NCBI GenBank assembly: GCA_963743045.1
Contig: CAVUOF010000002.1
Span: 108,993 to 172,992 of the forward strand
Source of the DNA: an uncultured Acidobacteriota bacterium
GTDB lineage: Bacteria > Acidobacteriota > Blastocatellia > RBC074
DNA length: 64,000 nt
Direction of reading: 5' to 3'
Below the pieces are notes generated by a model, which saw only the letters and a list, made by a program, of their open reading frames with translations, searched no databases and was not told where the DNA came from. The position numbers and the translations under genes are program-made. Positions 52,779-63,980 of this stretch are shown here, piece after piece (positions within the stretch are counted from its first letter, which is position 1; the number at the start of each line of letters is the position of its first letter).

Positions 52779-55546
52779 ATGAGTACAACGAGATCCAACA
52801 GCACTGAGCCGGCCCACGACATCCTCCGTCCCTCACATCGGCCACTCGACTTCTTCTTTTCACCGCGCACGGTGGCCGTCATCGGCGCCACTGAAAAGAC
52901 GGGAAGCGTCGGCCGCACCATCCTCTGGAACCTGATCAGCAGTCCCTTCGGCGGCACCGTGTTTCCTGTGAACCTGAAGGGCAGGAACGTCCTGGGAATC
53001 AAGTCCTATCGGAGCATTGCGCGAGGTTCCGGAACCCGTCGACCTCGCGGTAATTGTCACGCCCGCGGCCACTGTTCCGGCCCTGATTGGCGAATGCGGG
53101 GATGCAGGCGTCAAAGCCTCGATCATCATCTCGGCAGGATTCAAAGAGAGCGGCCCTGAGGGGAAATCGCTCGAGCGGCAGGTGCTCGACCAGGGTCGGC
53201 GTAGCTCGATGCGTATCATAGGCCCAAACTGTCTTGGAGTGATGAGCCCGCTGACAGGCCTCAATGCGACGTTCGCAGCAGGCATTGCGCGGGCTGGAAA
53301 CGTGAGCTTCATCAGTCAAAGCGGCGCGCTTTGCACGGCAATACTTGACTGGAGTCTCTCGGCGAATATCGGATTCAGCGCCTTCGTGTCGGTTGGCTCA
53401 ATGCTTGATGTCGGATGGGCTGATCTCATCTACTACTTCGGCGACGATCCGCGAACCAAAAGCATCGTTATCTACATGGAGACCATTGGTGATGCGCGGG
53501 CCTTCTTGTCGGCAGCGCGCGAGGTTTCCCTGACAAAACCCATCATTGTGATTAAGGCCGGACGGACGGTGGAGGCTGCGAAGGCCGCCGCTTCTCACAC
53601 CGGATCACTTGCGGGCAGTGATGAGGTGCTCGACGCCGCTTTCAGGCGCTGCGGCGTCTTGCGTGTCAGCAATATCGCCGATGTCTTCTATATGGCAGAG
53701 ATTCTGGCCAAGCAGCCACGACCCAAGGGACCCCGGCTGACCATCGTGACCAACGCCGGAGGCCCAGCCGTTCTGGCGACGGACGAGCTGATTGCCAACG
53801 GCGGTCATCTGGCCGACTTGTCTGGCGAGACGATGACGGAGCTGAACAGTTTCCTTCCGATGCACTGGAGTCATGCCAATCCCATCGACATCCTCGGCGA
53901 CGCCGGATCCGGCAACCTACGCGAAGACTGTCGAGGTCCTTGCGAGCGATGCCAACAGCGATGGGATACTTGTCATCCTCACTCCTCAGTCCATGACCGA
54001 CCCGACTCAGACGGCCGAGCAGCTTACGCACTATGCCAGGCTTCCAGGCAAACCAATTCTCACAAGCTGGATGGGAGGGGCCGGCGTTGCAGCAGGCGAG
54101 GCCATACTCAATCGCGCCGGCATTCCAACCTTCCCGTATCCCGATGCCGCCGCCCGCGCGTTCAACTATATGTGGCGCTATAGCGACGCCCTGCGGAGAC
54201 TCTATGAGACACCAAGCTTGCCCGCTGAGGAGGACGAAGACTACTCAAATCGGACTATCGTAAGGGAGATCATTCAGCAGGCCCGCAAGTCGGGACGCAC
54301 GCTTCTGACCGAGAGTGAGTCCAAGCGGATACTCAATCTCTACAGTATCCCTACCGTTGAGACTCATGTGGCGGCAAGCGAAAACGCGGCTGTCGTGTCG
54401 GCCGATGAAATCGGCTACCCGGTTGTGCTCAAGCTATATTCGGAGACTGTCACACATAAGACCGACGTCGGGGGCGTCAAGCTCAACCTGCGTGATGCCG
54501 AATCCGTTCGTGCGGCCTACCGTGAAATTGAATCTGCTGTCCGAGACCGCGTGGGGGTAGAGCATTTCCAGGGCGTCACGGTGCAACCGATGATCACGCT
54601 TGAGGGCTACGAGCTGATCATTGGCAGCAGCATTGACCCTCAGTTCGGCCCCGTGCTGCTCTTTGGCTCGGGCGGTCAACTAGTGGAGGTTTTTAAGGAC
54701 CACGCTCTTGCCTTGCCTCCGCTCAACTCGACGCTGGCCCGGCGAATGATGGAGCAGACTCGCATTTTTGCTGCGCTTCGAGGTGTCCGCGGTCGCAAAC
54801 CCATCGATCTTGAGAAGTTAGAGGGCCTGCTGGTTCGCTTCAGCGCTTTGGTGGTTGAACAACCGTGGATCAGAGAGATTGACATCAATCCCCTGCTCGC
54901 GTCGCCTGAGTCATTGATCGCACTCGACGCACGGATTGTCGTGCACGGCTCCGAATTGAGTGAAGAACAATTGCCCAGGTCGGCAATTCGTCCTTATCCA
55001 ACTCAGTACGCAAGCGCATGGAGATTGAAGGATGACACCCCGGTAATGATTCGCCCCATTCGTCCGGAGGACGAACCGCTCATGGTCAGGTTCCACGAAG
55101 CGTTGTCGGAACAGAGCGTCTACTGGCGTTACTTCTATCCCATGAAACTCCCCCAGCGCGTCGCCCACGACCGGCTGCAGAGGATCTGTTTCATCGACTA
55201 TGATCGCGAAATGGCGCTTGTTGCCGAACATCGCCTTCCGACCGGGGAACGCCAGATAGTTGCGGTCGGCCGTTTAAGCAAGTCGCATGACGACAACGAA
55301 GCTGAGTTTGCGATCCTGATCAGTGATCAATTCCAACGACAGGGATTGGGGACAGAAATGCTCAAACGCGTAGTAGCCGTCGGGCGCCATGAGGGGCTGC
55401 GGCGAATAGTTGGAAGTATACTGCCGGACAATCAGGGAATGCAGAAGGTGTCCAGGGCTGTGGGTTTCTCACTTCGCACTGATATGGATGAGCACCTGGT
55501 AAAAGCAGAACTCACCCTCCAAGTCGATCGTCCGGCGGCAACCTGA
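52779..55546 (+). CDS. ADP-forming acetyl-CoA synthetase-like / GNAT acetyltransferase fusion (Pat-type protein acetyltransferase architecture), frame-broken near 53017 and 53898
   Basis: Contains the CoA-binding [15 protein letters not shown], the succinyl-CoA-synthetase-like IIGPNCLG, an ATP-grasp part ([23 protein letters not shown]) and a C-terminal GNAT motif ([13 protein letters not shown]). Confidence 0.85.
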
Positions 55547-55594
55547 ACATCTCTATCGTATGAAGATGGATGATTTCGCCGGTCTCAGGATTGA

Positions 55595-55738
55595 CTTTCA
55601 GCCGCGATATTGTAGCTCCCTTCCCGAGTGACGTAACCTTCGCTTTCCAGTTCGATTACTCGCTGATGGAAAGCATCCGAGCCCCATTCACGGACGATGA
55701 CCAATTCATCCTGTGCAGATACTGTCATAAAATAGGGC
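55595..55738 (-). CDS. small hypothetical protein (47 aa as read; possibly ~75 aa if a frame break near 55600 is repaired)
   Basis: Translation MTVSAQDELVIVREWGSDAFHQRVIELESEGYVTREGSYNIAAE. A shifted frame continues as [16 protein letters not shown]. The ORF is below the length cutoff of the supplied track. Confidence 0.3.
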
Positions 55739-55959
55739 CCTCCCGCCCGGCGAAAGTGGGAATACGAAATTCAATTGCTGGGCTCCCCCGCCGCAGGGGC
55801 GGCTCGCGAGCCGCCCCACGTGGCAATCACTTGCAAGTTCCAGGCCGTGCAAAATGGCCGTACTTTCCTCGACCTCTCAATGCAGTTCTGCGAGATTTTG
55901 CGCAAACTCAGGGGCAAAAGTGGGGAACTTTGCGTGTTGTCCAACTTGAAAGGACCAAA

Positions 55960-57503
55960 ATGAGCTTATCAGTCTTGCTTTCCGCGCTTGCGTTGGCGGC
56001 TAGCGCGCTCGTATCGCAATCCGACCTGAGTGGATACTGGGTTCTGCGGGTGCCCAGGGCAAACGGCGACGGTACCTTCCAGGAGACCTTCTTCGAACTG
56101 AAACAGAGCGGCGAAGAGGTGACCGGCCGTCAGCTCGTAGGGCAACGGGAACTTCCGATAACCGAAGGTGTGTTCAAAGACGGCACTCTCCACTTCGTCC
56201 TGACACCACCGGGACGCGGAGCGGGCGCGGCCCCGCTTCGACTGGTCTATGAAGGCAAGCTTGCGCCCGACGGCAGTTTCTCGCTGACGAGCACCGGTCG
56301 AGGGCCGGCTCCGATCACCGGGAGGTTCGAGCGGAGCAGCAAGCAGGCGGCACTGCCGGCTCCGCTACCGTTGCCGGCTCTGCACAACGTTCCCGACAAC
56401 GGCCTCGTTCGCACGCCACCGATGGGTTGGAACAGCTGGAACAAGTTCGCTGGGAGGGTTGCGGACGCTGACGTCCGCGGCATGGCGGATGCCATGGTGG
56501 CGAGTGGCATGCCAGGGCGGGCTATGTATACGTCAACATCGACGACACTTGGGAGGGCCAGTCGCGCGATGCAAACGGCAATATAACAACCAACAAGAAG
56601 TTTCCCGACATGAAGGCGCTCGCCGATTACGTGCATTCGAAGGGTCTGAAGATCGGCATCTATTCATCACCGGGACCAAAGACCTGCGCCGGCTATGAGG
56701 CGAGTTACGGTCACGAAGAACAGGACGCGAAGCAGTTCGCAGCGTGGGGATTCGACTATCTGAAGTATGACTGGTGCAGCGCAGGCAATATCTATAAGGA
56801 CGAGGACATGCAGGCCGTCTACCAGAAGATGGGCGATGCTCTTCTCAAGGCCGGACGCCCGATCGTCTACAGCTTGTGTCAATACGGTCGCAGCGAGGTC
56901 TGGAAATGGGGCGGCAAGGTGGGCGGCAATCTCTGGCGCACTACGGGCGATATTCGAGATGCCTGGCAGTCACTTGATCAGATAGGTTTTGGGAGGCGAG
57001 TCCCTGGAGAGCGAACGCAGCTCGATATCGCCGCAGCGATGAAGCCCGGGCAGTTCAATGATCCTGACATGCTCGAGATCGGCAACGGCGGGATGACGGG
57101 CGATGAATACCGTCTGCATATGAGCCTGTGGGCTCTACTGTCAGCTCCCCTGCTGGCCGGAAACGATCTTCGCACGATGACCGAAGAGATCAAGAGCATC
57201 CTCATGAATACGGAGGTGATTGCGGTCGATCAGGACAAGGCCGTCAATCCACCAAAGAAGATCTCGGAGGAAGGCACCTCGATCGTCATTGCCAAGACTC
57301 TTGCTGATGGTTCGACTGCCGTTGGCCTCTTCAATCGCGGTGATAATGCCGCGCACATTTCGGTCAGCTGGTCGAGCCTGGGTATCAGTGGCCGGAGGCC
57401 AAAGGTCCGCGATCTGTGGCAGCACAAGGCTGTGGAAGTCTCAGGTGACAGCTTCACGGCTTCTGTGCCTAAGCATGGCGTCGTAATGCTGCGCGTTTCA
57501 TAA
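55960..57503 (+). CDS. glycoside hydrolase family 27 alpha-galactosidase with an N-terminal extra domain, frame-broken near 56510
   Basis: Signal peptide, then PPMGWNSWN, YVNIDDTW, LKYDWC and DMLEIGNGGMT. Confidence 0.85.
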
Positions 57504-57543
57504 TCGCGAGGCGGCAGTAACAGTGAAGCGCGGCGACCGGTTC

Positions 57544-57672
57544 AGTATGGAGTGCGGCGACTTGTCGCCACTTTTGCGTTAGTTACTGCAGGATTCTGGT
57601 TTACACGCCGATTCTTCTTCATCACTGCAGTCACTAAACCAAAAGCGGCGACAAGTCGCCGCACTCCATACT
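57544..57672. repeat. 130-bp MITE/REP-like element, family B (second copy)
   Basis: Same TIRs and the same internal ATTCTTCTTC.TCACTGCAGT core as 20815..20944. It lies between convergent genes. Confidence 0.85.
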
Positions 57673-57774
57673 AAGCAAGTCGGGCGCACTTGAAACGCGG
57701 CTCTCCTAGTCACGACTGGCGGAGGCCGAGCACGTTTTCGATTTCTTGATGGCGACGGTGATCGTGTTGGCGTC

Positions 57775-59455
57775 TCACGCGAATGCCAAAGCGAGCAGCG
57801 ATGCGAGGCTGACAATGTCGGCTACAAGCCGCGTCGTTGTTCGGGTCCAGACAAGTTCAATCTGGTGCTCACCGGCCGGGACATCAACACGAACGAGTCC
57901 GCTCGGTCTTGCCGGCGCTGCGGGCACCGAAGTCCCATCAATCCGCGCCTCCCAGCCCGGAAACCATGCAATCGAAAACTCCGCGGTCCAGGGTGTCGCA
58001 GCTTTGACGTTCCCTGACCAGTTGACGGGCGTCCGCTCCGATTGCCGCACGTCTGCCTCGCCGGAGACGACCCGGATTGGACGTGGATCGTAAACTGGCT
58101 TCTCTTCCGTCCAGCGAGGGGTATACTCGGCGGCCGTCGTAACCTCCACTCCACGTGAGGCAATCTGTTGTGGAGTCCAGAGCGCAAGGTCGATGTCGTC
58201 AAACTGCTTCGGCTGCATATGAGCAAGATTGGGCACGATCAATAGTGCCATGGCTGCCACATAGCCTGTCACTCGCAGGCGCGGCATTGAGCTCAATAAT
58301 GGTCCCAGCGCCGCCACGACCAGCGCAATGCAAACCGCCGCAGGCGCAAGCAATCGCCATGGAAACTCGACGAATCGCAGTAGTGGCGCATGGTCCCAGA
58401 ACCATACCGCGTCCTGAAGCGTGAGAATGCAAAAGACCAGAGCACTGATGGCCAAAGAAGCGAAGCCATCGCCGATCGCCGGCCACAGGCTTGCGCGCCG
58501 TCCAGATCCCCGCAATGAGTGCCAGCAGTAGATGGCTCCAACCCACGGCAAAGGACATTCCATCCTGATCACCCGCGACGGAGATTCCATAACCCCAGGG
58601 CGAATAGAACAGCTGGTGCAGGTAGACGAAATGGTTGGAGTAATTCAGATATCCCTGGAGCAGACGGTCCAGGTGCACTGAGTCGCGTTCAACCAGCGCC
58701 GGAATCCAGATAAACGCGCCCAGTCCGAGTCCGGCCAGCCAGGCCAATGCCTGTCGACTCAAGACGCTCCATGACCCAGCAACCCATGCGGTAACGCAAA
58801 TGTAGGCAAGCAGCAACGGAGTGAAGAACAGGGCGCTCGCATTGTGACTGAGGAGGACGCCGGCGTACGAGGCAGCTCCAAGCAGGAGGTATCCCACTCG
58901 CTCAGGGCGTTTGGCGTAAGCGCCGAACCCATACATTGCGAACGCGAAGAATGGGAATGCGGCAAACTCCGCGAGGTCGGACCGGACGTAGAGGTTGACG
59001 CTGAAATAGGGGGCGTAAAGGTACGCGGCCGCAGCCAGCCATCCTCCTCCGTCGCCGAAATGCAGGCGGCCCAGGAGAAACATTCCCAAAGCCGAAGCCA
59101 GCACCAGGACTACACACGCGAGGTTGAGCGCGGTGATGAAATCGAATCCCAAGATGTGCCAGAGCTCACCCGCGTAATAGATCATCGGCGGGTTAAAGAG
59201 AAACAGGGGCTGTCCTGTTCCCCGGCTCAAGTCGGGTGCCCACTTCGGAAAGAGAACGCCACTCGAAATGTTCTGATGAAACTCCACCATCCGCGGGAAG
59301 TATTCGAATGCGTCGTGACCGTCAGGAAGAGCCGAGGTAAATAGCGAGATGCAAACCGGAATTGATAACAGCAGAAGACCGGCTCCAACGCATGCGCGGC
59401 GCCGGGCCGTCGGGCTGGCTATCGTCTCAAAGGTAAGGATGGGCCAACCGGACAT
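57775..59455 (-). CDS. large polytopic membrane protein, GT-C-like / PTPS-related (COG5617-like) putative glycosyltransferase with a C-terminal extracytoplasmic domain, frame-broken near 58480
   Basis: Contains FPKWAPDLSRGTGQPLFLFNPPMIYYAGELW, followed by many TM helices. The C-terminal soluble domain ends with a TM helix. The family call is by pattern only. Confidence 0.6.
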
Positions 59456-61566
59456 GAAAATCGCGGTACTCGGCGACTCCCATGAGTACCGCCCCAAGTA
59501 ATCCGAAGATAGCCAGGAAGAACTTCCACCTTCCAGGCTCATACCGAAGGAGAACTGCATGACGCCCTGCAGTCAACGGCACGCCGACAAAGCCGGGTGA
59601 AAGCATAACCGTCTGCTCGGCGTGTCCGTCGACATATGCCTTCCATTTCGGATGCCAGGTCATTCGGAAGAGCGCAAATCCTGGGTGCACAGCCTGCAAC
59701 TGCGCCTCATAGGTCTCGCCATCCTGATGCTCGCTCTCAACAGTCCCCGCAATAGACCCGGAAGGCGGAGACGGTAAATTGTCGTCAGCAGAAAGCCGAA
59801 GCAGACCGGAAGGCACATAGCCGGAAAGCGTGAGCAATAGGTGTTGTTTCCGGGCCACCCAATCGCTCTGAAGCCAGCGATCGTTCACCTCATAGAAATT
59901 GCGCCGGGTGATGAGAATTGCAGCCGGCGCGTCGACTACATCGAAGTATCCGGTGCCGGGAGCATCGAAGACCGTAACCGGACCAATCTCCTTACGCGGT
60001 GCAAGGAATCCGGGCAGAGTTTGCCGCTGAAGGGGCCACTACGGAGCGGACATTGAAGAGACGATAGTGGTCAGGTTCCCATTCGTTGAACCGGACCATG
60101 ACGTCTCCGGTCAGCGCCATCGAATGGTAGAGGAAGGCGACAGCCGGCACATGCGCTCTGCTCAAGAACGCGTAGAACGGTACATCGCCAATCTTGAATG
60201 ATCCTCCCCACGAGGCTGCAAGACCCGCGTAAGCCCGGCCTCCATGCGTCTGAAGATCGGCGATTGCGCCGTCCACCGATGCTCGTTCCGATGCAAACGC
60301 TGTGAGATTCCTTCGACCCCATGAGTCATTGTTGGAGAGAAACCGGCCGCGTTCGCGAAACGCCGGGTAGAGGAGCACGGCCGTTATCAGGATTGCTGCT
60401 ATGGCTCGCCTTGTCCCGAGGAGCGCGCGCCAGATAGCCGCCAGCCCGAAGGCACCCAGCAGGACAAGGAAGACATGAACAGCGCCGATTGTGCGGTGCA
60501 GCTGCAAGTCGGGTGTTGCTCCAAGCAGCTCGAGTGCAGGCCCCCAGAAGGGTCGCCCGAAGTAGACGAGAATCCAGAATATTGCTCCCGCGGCTACGAA
60601 GAGCTGCGCGCGCCGGAAGGTCCCCGAGCGCCAGGCCCAGAGTGTTGCGCCGATGCCCAGAAGGACGAGAAGCGAGAGCACCGGCAGACGGCCGTGATCG
60701 AGGAGCTCGCCGGTGAAGAGCCACGCCAGAATCTGGCCGGCTCCAAATGAATCCCACTTCCAGACCGATTCCCACCGGCTGTGATTGATGATGCCGACAT
60801 CCGCGAGCATCGGCACCAGCTCCCACGCCACGAGCAAAAAAGTCACCACGCCCACAAAGACCAGACGCCTTGCTCGAGTCACAAGAGTAGCTCTCTCGTC
60901 CGGGATTACCGCGAGCAGGCAGATCGTCAGTGCGGCCATGTAGCCGTAGATAAAATTGCTGAGGAACGCCAGCGCCACGAGGACGCCCGTAAGCGCGAGA
61001 TGGCGGCCACTCGGGAGAGCACGGAATGCCAGTCCGATCGACAGAAGGAAGAAGTGAGTGGCGATCGCCTGGGTGAAGAGGCCGCTCCCAGCCCACAGGT
61101 AACTTCCATATTCGATGCCGTAGAGGAAGTTTGTCGAGATCAAAGGTGAGAGCAATGCCGCGGCCGCGGCCTCGAGCGGCGAGAACCTCATCAGGCGTGC
61201 CGTGACAAAGAATGTCAACGGGAGAAGCGCCACGGAGAGATATCGGACCCAGACAAAGACCGTCATCAGCGTGACGGTCTTGCCGAGACAAAAGTAGACA
61301 AGCGCTACCAGGCCGTGCGCGAGTGGTTGATAGGTCCGAAGTACCGGATACCCGAATGACCACTCGGGCGACCATGAATCAAGGCCACTTGAACCTCGCT
61401 CGATGGCTCGCACCATGCTGTCGACAAGGGTGAAGTGGAAGACGTTATCGTTGAGGTCGACACGACTAATCAGAAGTTCGGGTGATAAGGCGAGAAGATT
61501 TACGACGAGAATAGCAAGCAGGAGAGTGAATGAGACAAGCTCTTCGCGAGAGGGCTTCGATTGCAA
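59427..61566 (-). CDS. second large polytopic GT-C-like membrane protein with a C-terminal beta-rich domain, frame-broken near 60020; the start (TTG at 61566) is uncertain
   Basis: More than 10 TM segments. The C-terminal WHPKWKAYVDGHAEQTVMLSPGFVGVPLTAGRHAVLLRYEP resembles the tail of the neighbouring protein (WFPGWEARIDGTSVP...VPAGEHQIELVW). Its 3' end overlaps the next gene's ATG by 29 nt. Confidence 0.6.
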
Positions 61567-61660
61567 GGGTGCTTGACGACGTGAGGTGTTGATGCCAGAA
61601 AACGAACGACCTGTCAGACTTCTTTCCGCGATGCAAAGGGCCGGACCGTAAATGCCACGG

Positions 61661-62718
61661 CTATGAGATAGGGCCCGGTGGTCCAGTTGGCCCGGCTGGT
61701 CCAACCGGTCCTGCAATTCCGGATACTCCGGTCGGACCCGAAGGCTCCAGTGGGTCCAACCGGTCCTGTTGGTCCTGTCGGACCCGATGCCCCCGAGGGC
61801 CCTAAAGGACCGGACGGCCCGCTCGGACCCGCAACTCCTTGAACTCCGAATGTTCCGCTCGGACCCGAAGGTCCAGTGGGTCCAACCGGTCCTGTTGGCC
61901 CTGTCGGACCCGATGCCCCAGAGGGCCCTAAAGGACCGGACGGCCCGCTCGGACCCGCAACTCCTTGAACTCCGAATGTTCCGCTCGGACCCGAAGGTCC
62001 AGTGGGTCCAACCGGTCCTGTTGGTCCTGTCGGACCCGATGCCCCCGAGGGCCCTGAAAGGACCGGACGGCCCGCTCGGACCCAGAGGCCCGGACGGTCC
62101 AGTCGCGCCACTCGCTCCAGCTAATCCTGACGGTCCTATCAATCCGACGGGTCCTGTCGATCCTTGAGCCCCGGTTGCTCCCGACCCGCCCAGCGCGCCG
62201 AGCGATCCTGTGAAGCCTGATGGTCCCATTGCTCCCCGCGCACCGGAAACTCCGCTTGCACCTGCCGGACCCGCCACGATAGGAGATCTGCCTTTGGGCC
62301 CCTGTGCTCCACTCGGCCCGCTCGAGCCTTCTGGCCCCAGCACCCCGATAACGACGAATGAGTTTACGGAGTGGGCTGGGTCGCAGTCCTCCAAGACCAC
62401 ACGGTAGGTTCCAGAATTGTTTGCGATTGTGTCGTCGATCTGAGCCGTGACCAGGGTATCTGTAAAGGTGATCACCGGCTGCGACACGCCGCCGACGAAA
62501 ATTGTGGGTGTTGCGCAACCAATGCCCGCGGTGAGGTTCATCCCGATAATTTGGAGCTGCGCGGGTTGAACATCGGTGATCAAGCGGATGTTGGTAATAA
62601 TTGGTTGCGTGTCGGTTGCCGACACACCTACTACGCTCACAGGGGTGAGAGCCAGAGTCAACACGCAAAGCGTAAGCCCGACTCTGCGCAACCACGAATC
62701 ATGAAGATGAGGCGACAT
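61661..62718 (-). CDS. secreted IPT/TIG-like + collagen triple-helix-repeat protein (copy 1), frame-broken by 1-nt insertions near 62056 and 61745
   Basis: Signal peptide, an ~85-aa Ig-like domain ([26 protein letters not shown]...[10 protein letters not shown]), then a long Gly-X-Y array. Repairing both insertions gives the ending GPPGPIS. Confidence 0.8.
61728..62100. repeat. about 3 tandem copies of a 126-bp (42-aa) Gly-X-Y unit inside collagen-like gene 1
   Basis: The unit encodes [42 protein letters not shown]. Copies are almost identical at the DNA level. Confidence 0.85.
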
Positions 62719-62749
62719 TCGTCTCAAGGATAATCGCCCTAGGGTGTTA

Positions 62750-63853
62750 TTAGGGTCCAGCCGGTCCTGTTGCTCCCGTAGCTCCAGTCGCTCCGGCCGA
62801 CCCGATTGGTCCTGTTGGTCCCGTCGGACCTGTTGCCCCCGAGGGCCCCGACGGGCCAGACGGCCCGAATGGACCCGCAGCTCCCTGCAGTCCGATTGCT
62901 CCGCTCGGACCCGAAGGTCCAGTGGGTCCAACCGGTCCTGTTGGCCCTGTCGGACCCGATGCCCCCGAGGGCCCTAAAGGACCGGACGGCCCGCTCGGAC
63001 CCGCAACTCCTTGAACTCCGAATGTTCCGCTCGGACCCGAAGGTCCAGTGGGTCCAACCGGTCCTGTTGGTCCTGTCGGACCCGATGCCCCCGAGGGCCC
63101 TAAAGGACCGGACGGCCCGCTCGGACCCGCAACTCCTTGAACTCCGAATGTTCCGCTCGGACCCGAAGGTCCAGTGGGTCCAACCGGCCCTGTTGGTCCT
63201 GTCGGACCTGGTCCTCCCGAAGGCCCTGAAGGACCCTGTGGTCCGGTAGGCCCGCTGGCGCCAGTTGGTCCCGAGGGTCCCGTCGCCCCCAGCGCTCCCA
63301 GGGCGCCCGCCGGACCCGTGCCGCCTGTCGGGCCTGTCGCACCCGTCGGACCTGAGGGTCCCAGCTCTCCAAAAGCTCCTGTCGGACCTTTCGGCCCCGG
63401 TACAAGGATCGGCTTGGCCGCAGGCCCGGTTGGTCCCGACGGTCCGCTTGGCCCCTCAGGACCCTGGTCTCCGATGACGACGATGAAGTCAGCTGTGTGG
63501 GCCGCATCACAATCCTGCAGAACCACGCGATACGTTCCGGGACTGTTGGCGATTGAGGCGTCGACTTGAGCCGCTATAAGGGTATCCGTGAAGGTTATGA
63601 TCGGGAGCGACACGCCGTTCAAAATGATGGACGGCATGGTGCAACCGTTGTCGCCGGTAAGATTCGTTCCGATCAGCTGGAGCTGGGCGGGCTGAACACT
63701 CGTGATCAGTCGGCTGATGTTAATGACCGGTTGCGCGTCGGCGTGGGCACTCAAGGTACTAACAGGCGCAAGGACCGGCGCAATAGCCACAACAACGGCG
63801 CACAGAAGGGCTCGCATCGTGCCCAACCGGGCACGAGGATGAACCTGGGGCAT
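62750..63853 (-). CDS. secreted IPT/TIG-like + collagen triple-helix-repeat protein (copy 2, intact)
   Basis: The ATG at 63853 follows a GAGGA RBS. Signal peptide ends ...STLSAHA. Contains the same Ig-like domain and about 75 Gly-X-Y triplets, and ends GPAGP. Confidence 0.85.
   Translation of the reverse strand: MPQVHPRARLGTMRALLCAVVVAIAPVLAPVSTLSAHADAQPVINISRLITSVQPAQLQLIGTNLTGDNGCTMPSIILNGVSLPIITFTDTLIAAQVDASIANSPGTYRVVLQDCDAAHTADFIVVIGDQGPEGPSGPSGPTGPAAKPILVPGPKGPTGAFGELGPSGPTGATGPTGGTGPAGALGALGATGPSGPTGASGPTGPQGPSGPSGGPGPTGPTGPVGPTGPSGPSGTFGVQGVAGPSGPSGPLGPSGASGPTGPTGPVGPTGPSGPSGTFGVQGVAGPSGPSGPLGPSGASGPTGPTGPVGPTGPSGPSGAIGLQGAAGPFGPSGPSGPSGATGPTGPTGPIGSAGATGATGATGPAGP
62901..63205. repeat. 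about 2.4 tandem copies of the same 126-bp Gly-X-Y unit inside collagen-like gene 2
   Basis: The units at 62901-63026 and 63027-63152 are near-identical to each other and to those in gene 1. Confidence 0.85.
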
Positions 63854-63980
63854 GGGGTCCTCAGTGAGAACAAAGAGCGAAGACACTTCGCGTTTTCGCA
63901 CGCAGCGCTGATACTTCTATCAGCCAGCGCAGTACCTGTCAAGATTCCTGGCGTCTTGCGTCACTGCAACGGGAGCAATT

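Noticed and set aside
55570-55959. The N-terminal 130 codons of ORF 55570..56586, and the intergenic ORFs 4920..5492 and 5101..5601.
   Set aside because: They lack an RBS and any recognisable motif. The GH27 gene has a convincing RBS, ATG and signal peptide at 55960. The 4920-5600 ORFs run through intergenic DNA into the antisense of the APH/AAA gene.
61728-63205. Possibility that the regularly spaced repeats (the 126-bp units, REP families) form a CRISPR array.
   Set aside because: The units are contiguous with no unique spacers and are in-frame coding sequence. The REP elements are isolated palindromes. No cas genes are present.
61769-63569. Plus-strand ORFs across the collagen-repeat region (61769..62167, 62806..63249, 63174..63569), one of which itself reads as a Pro/Gly-rich repeat.
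   Set aside because: They are mirror frames of the minus-strand Gly-X-Y arrays. Only the minus strand supplies signal peptides, the Ig-like domains, RBSs and operon continuity.
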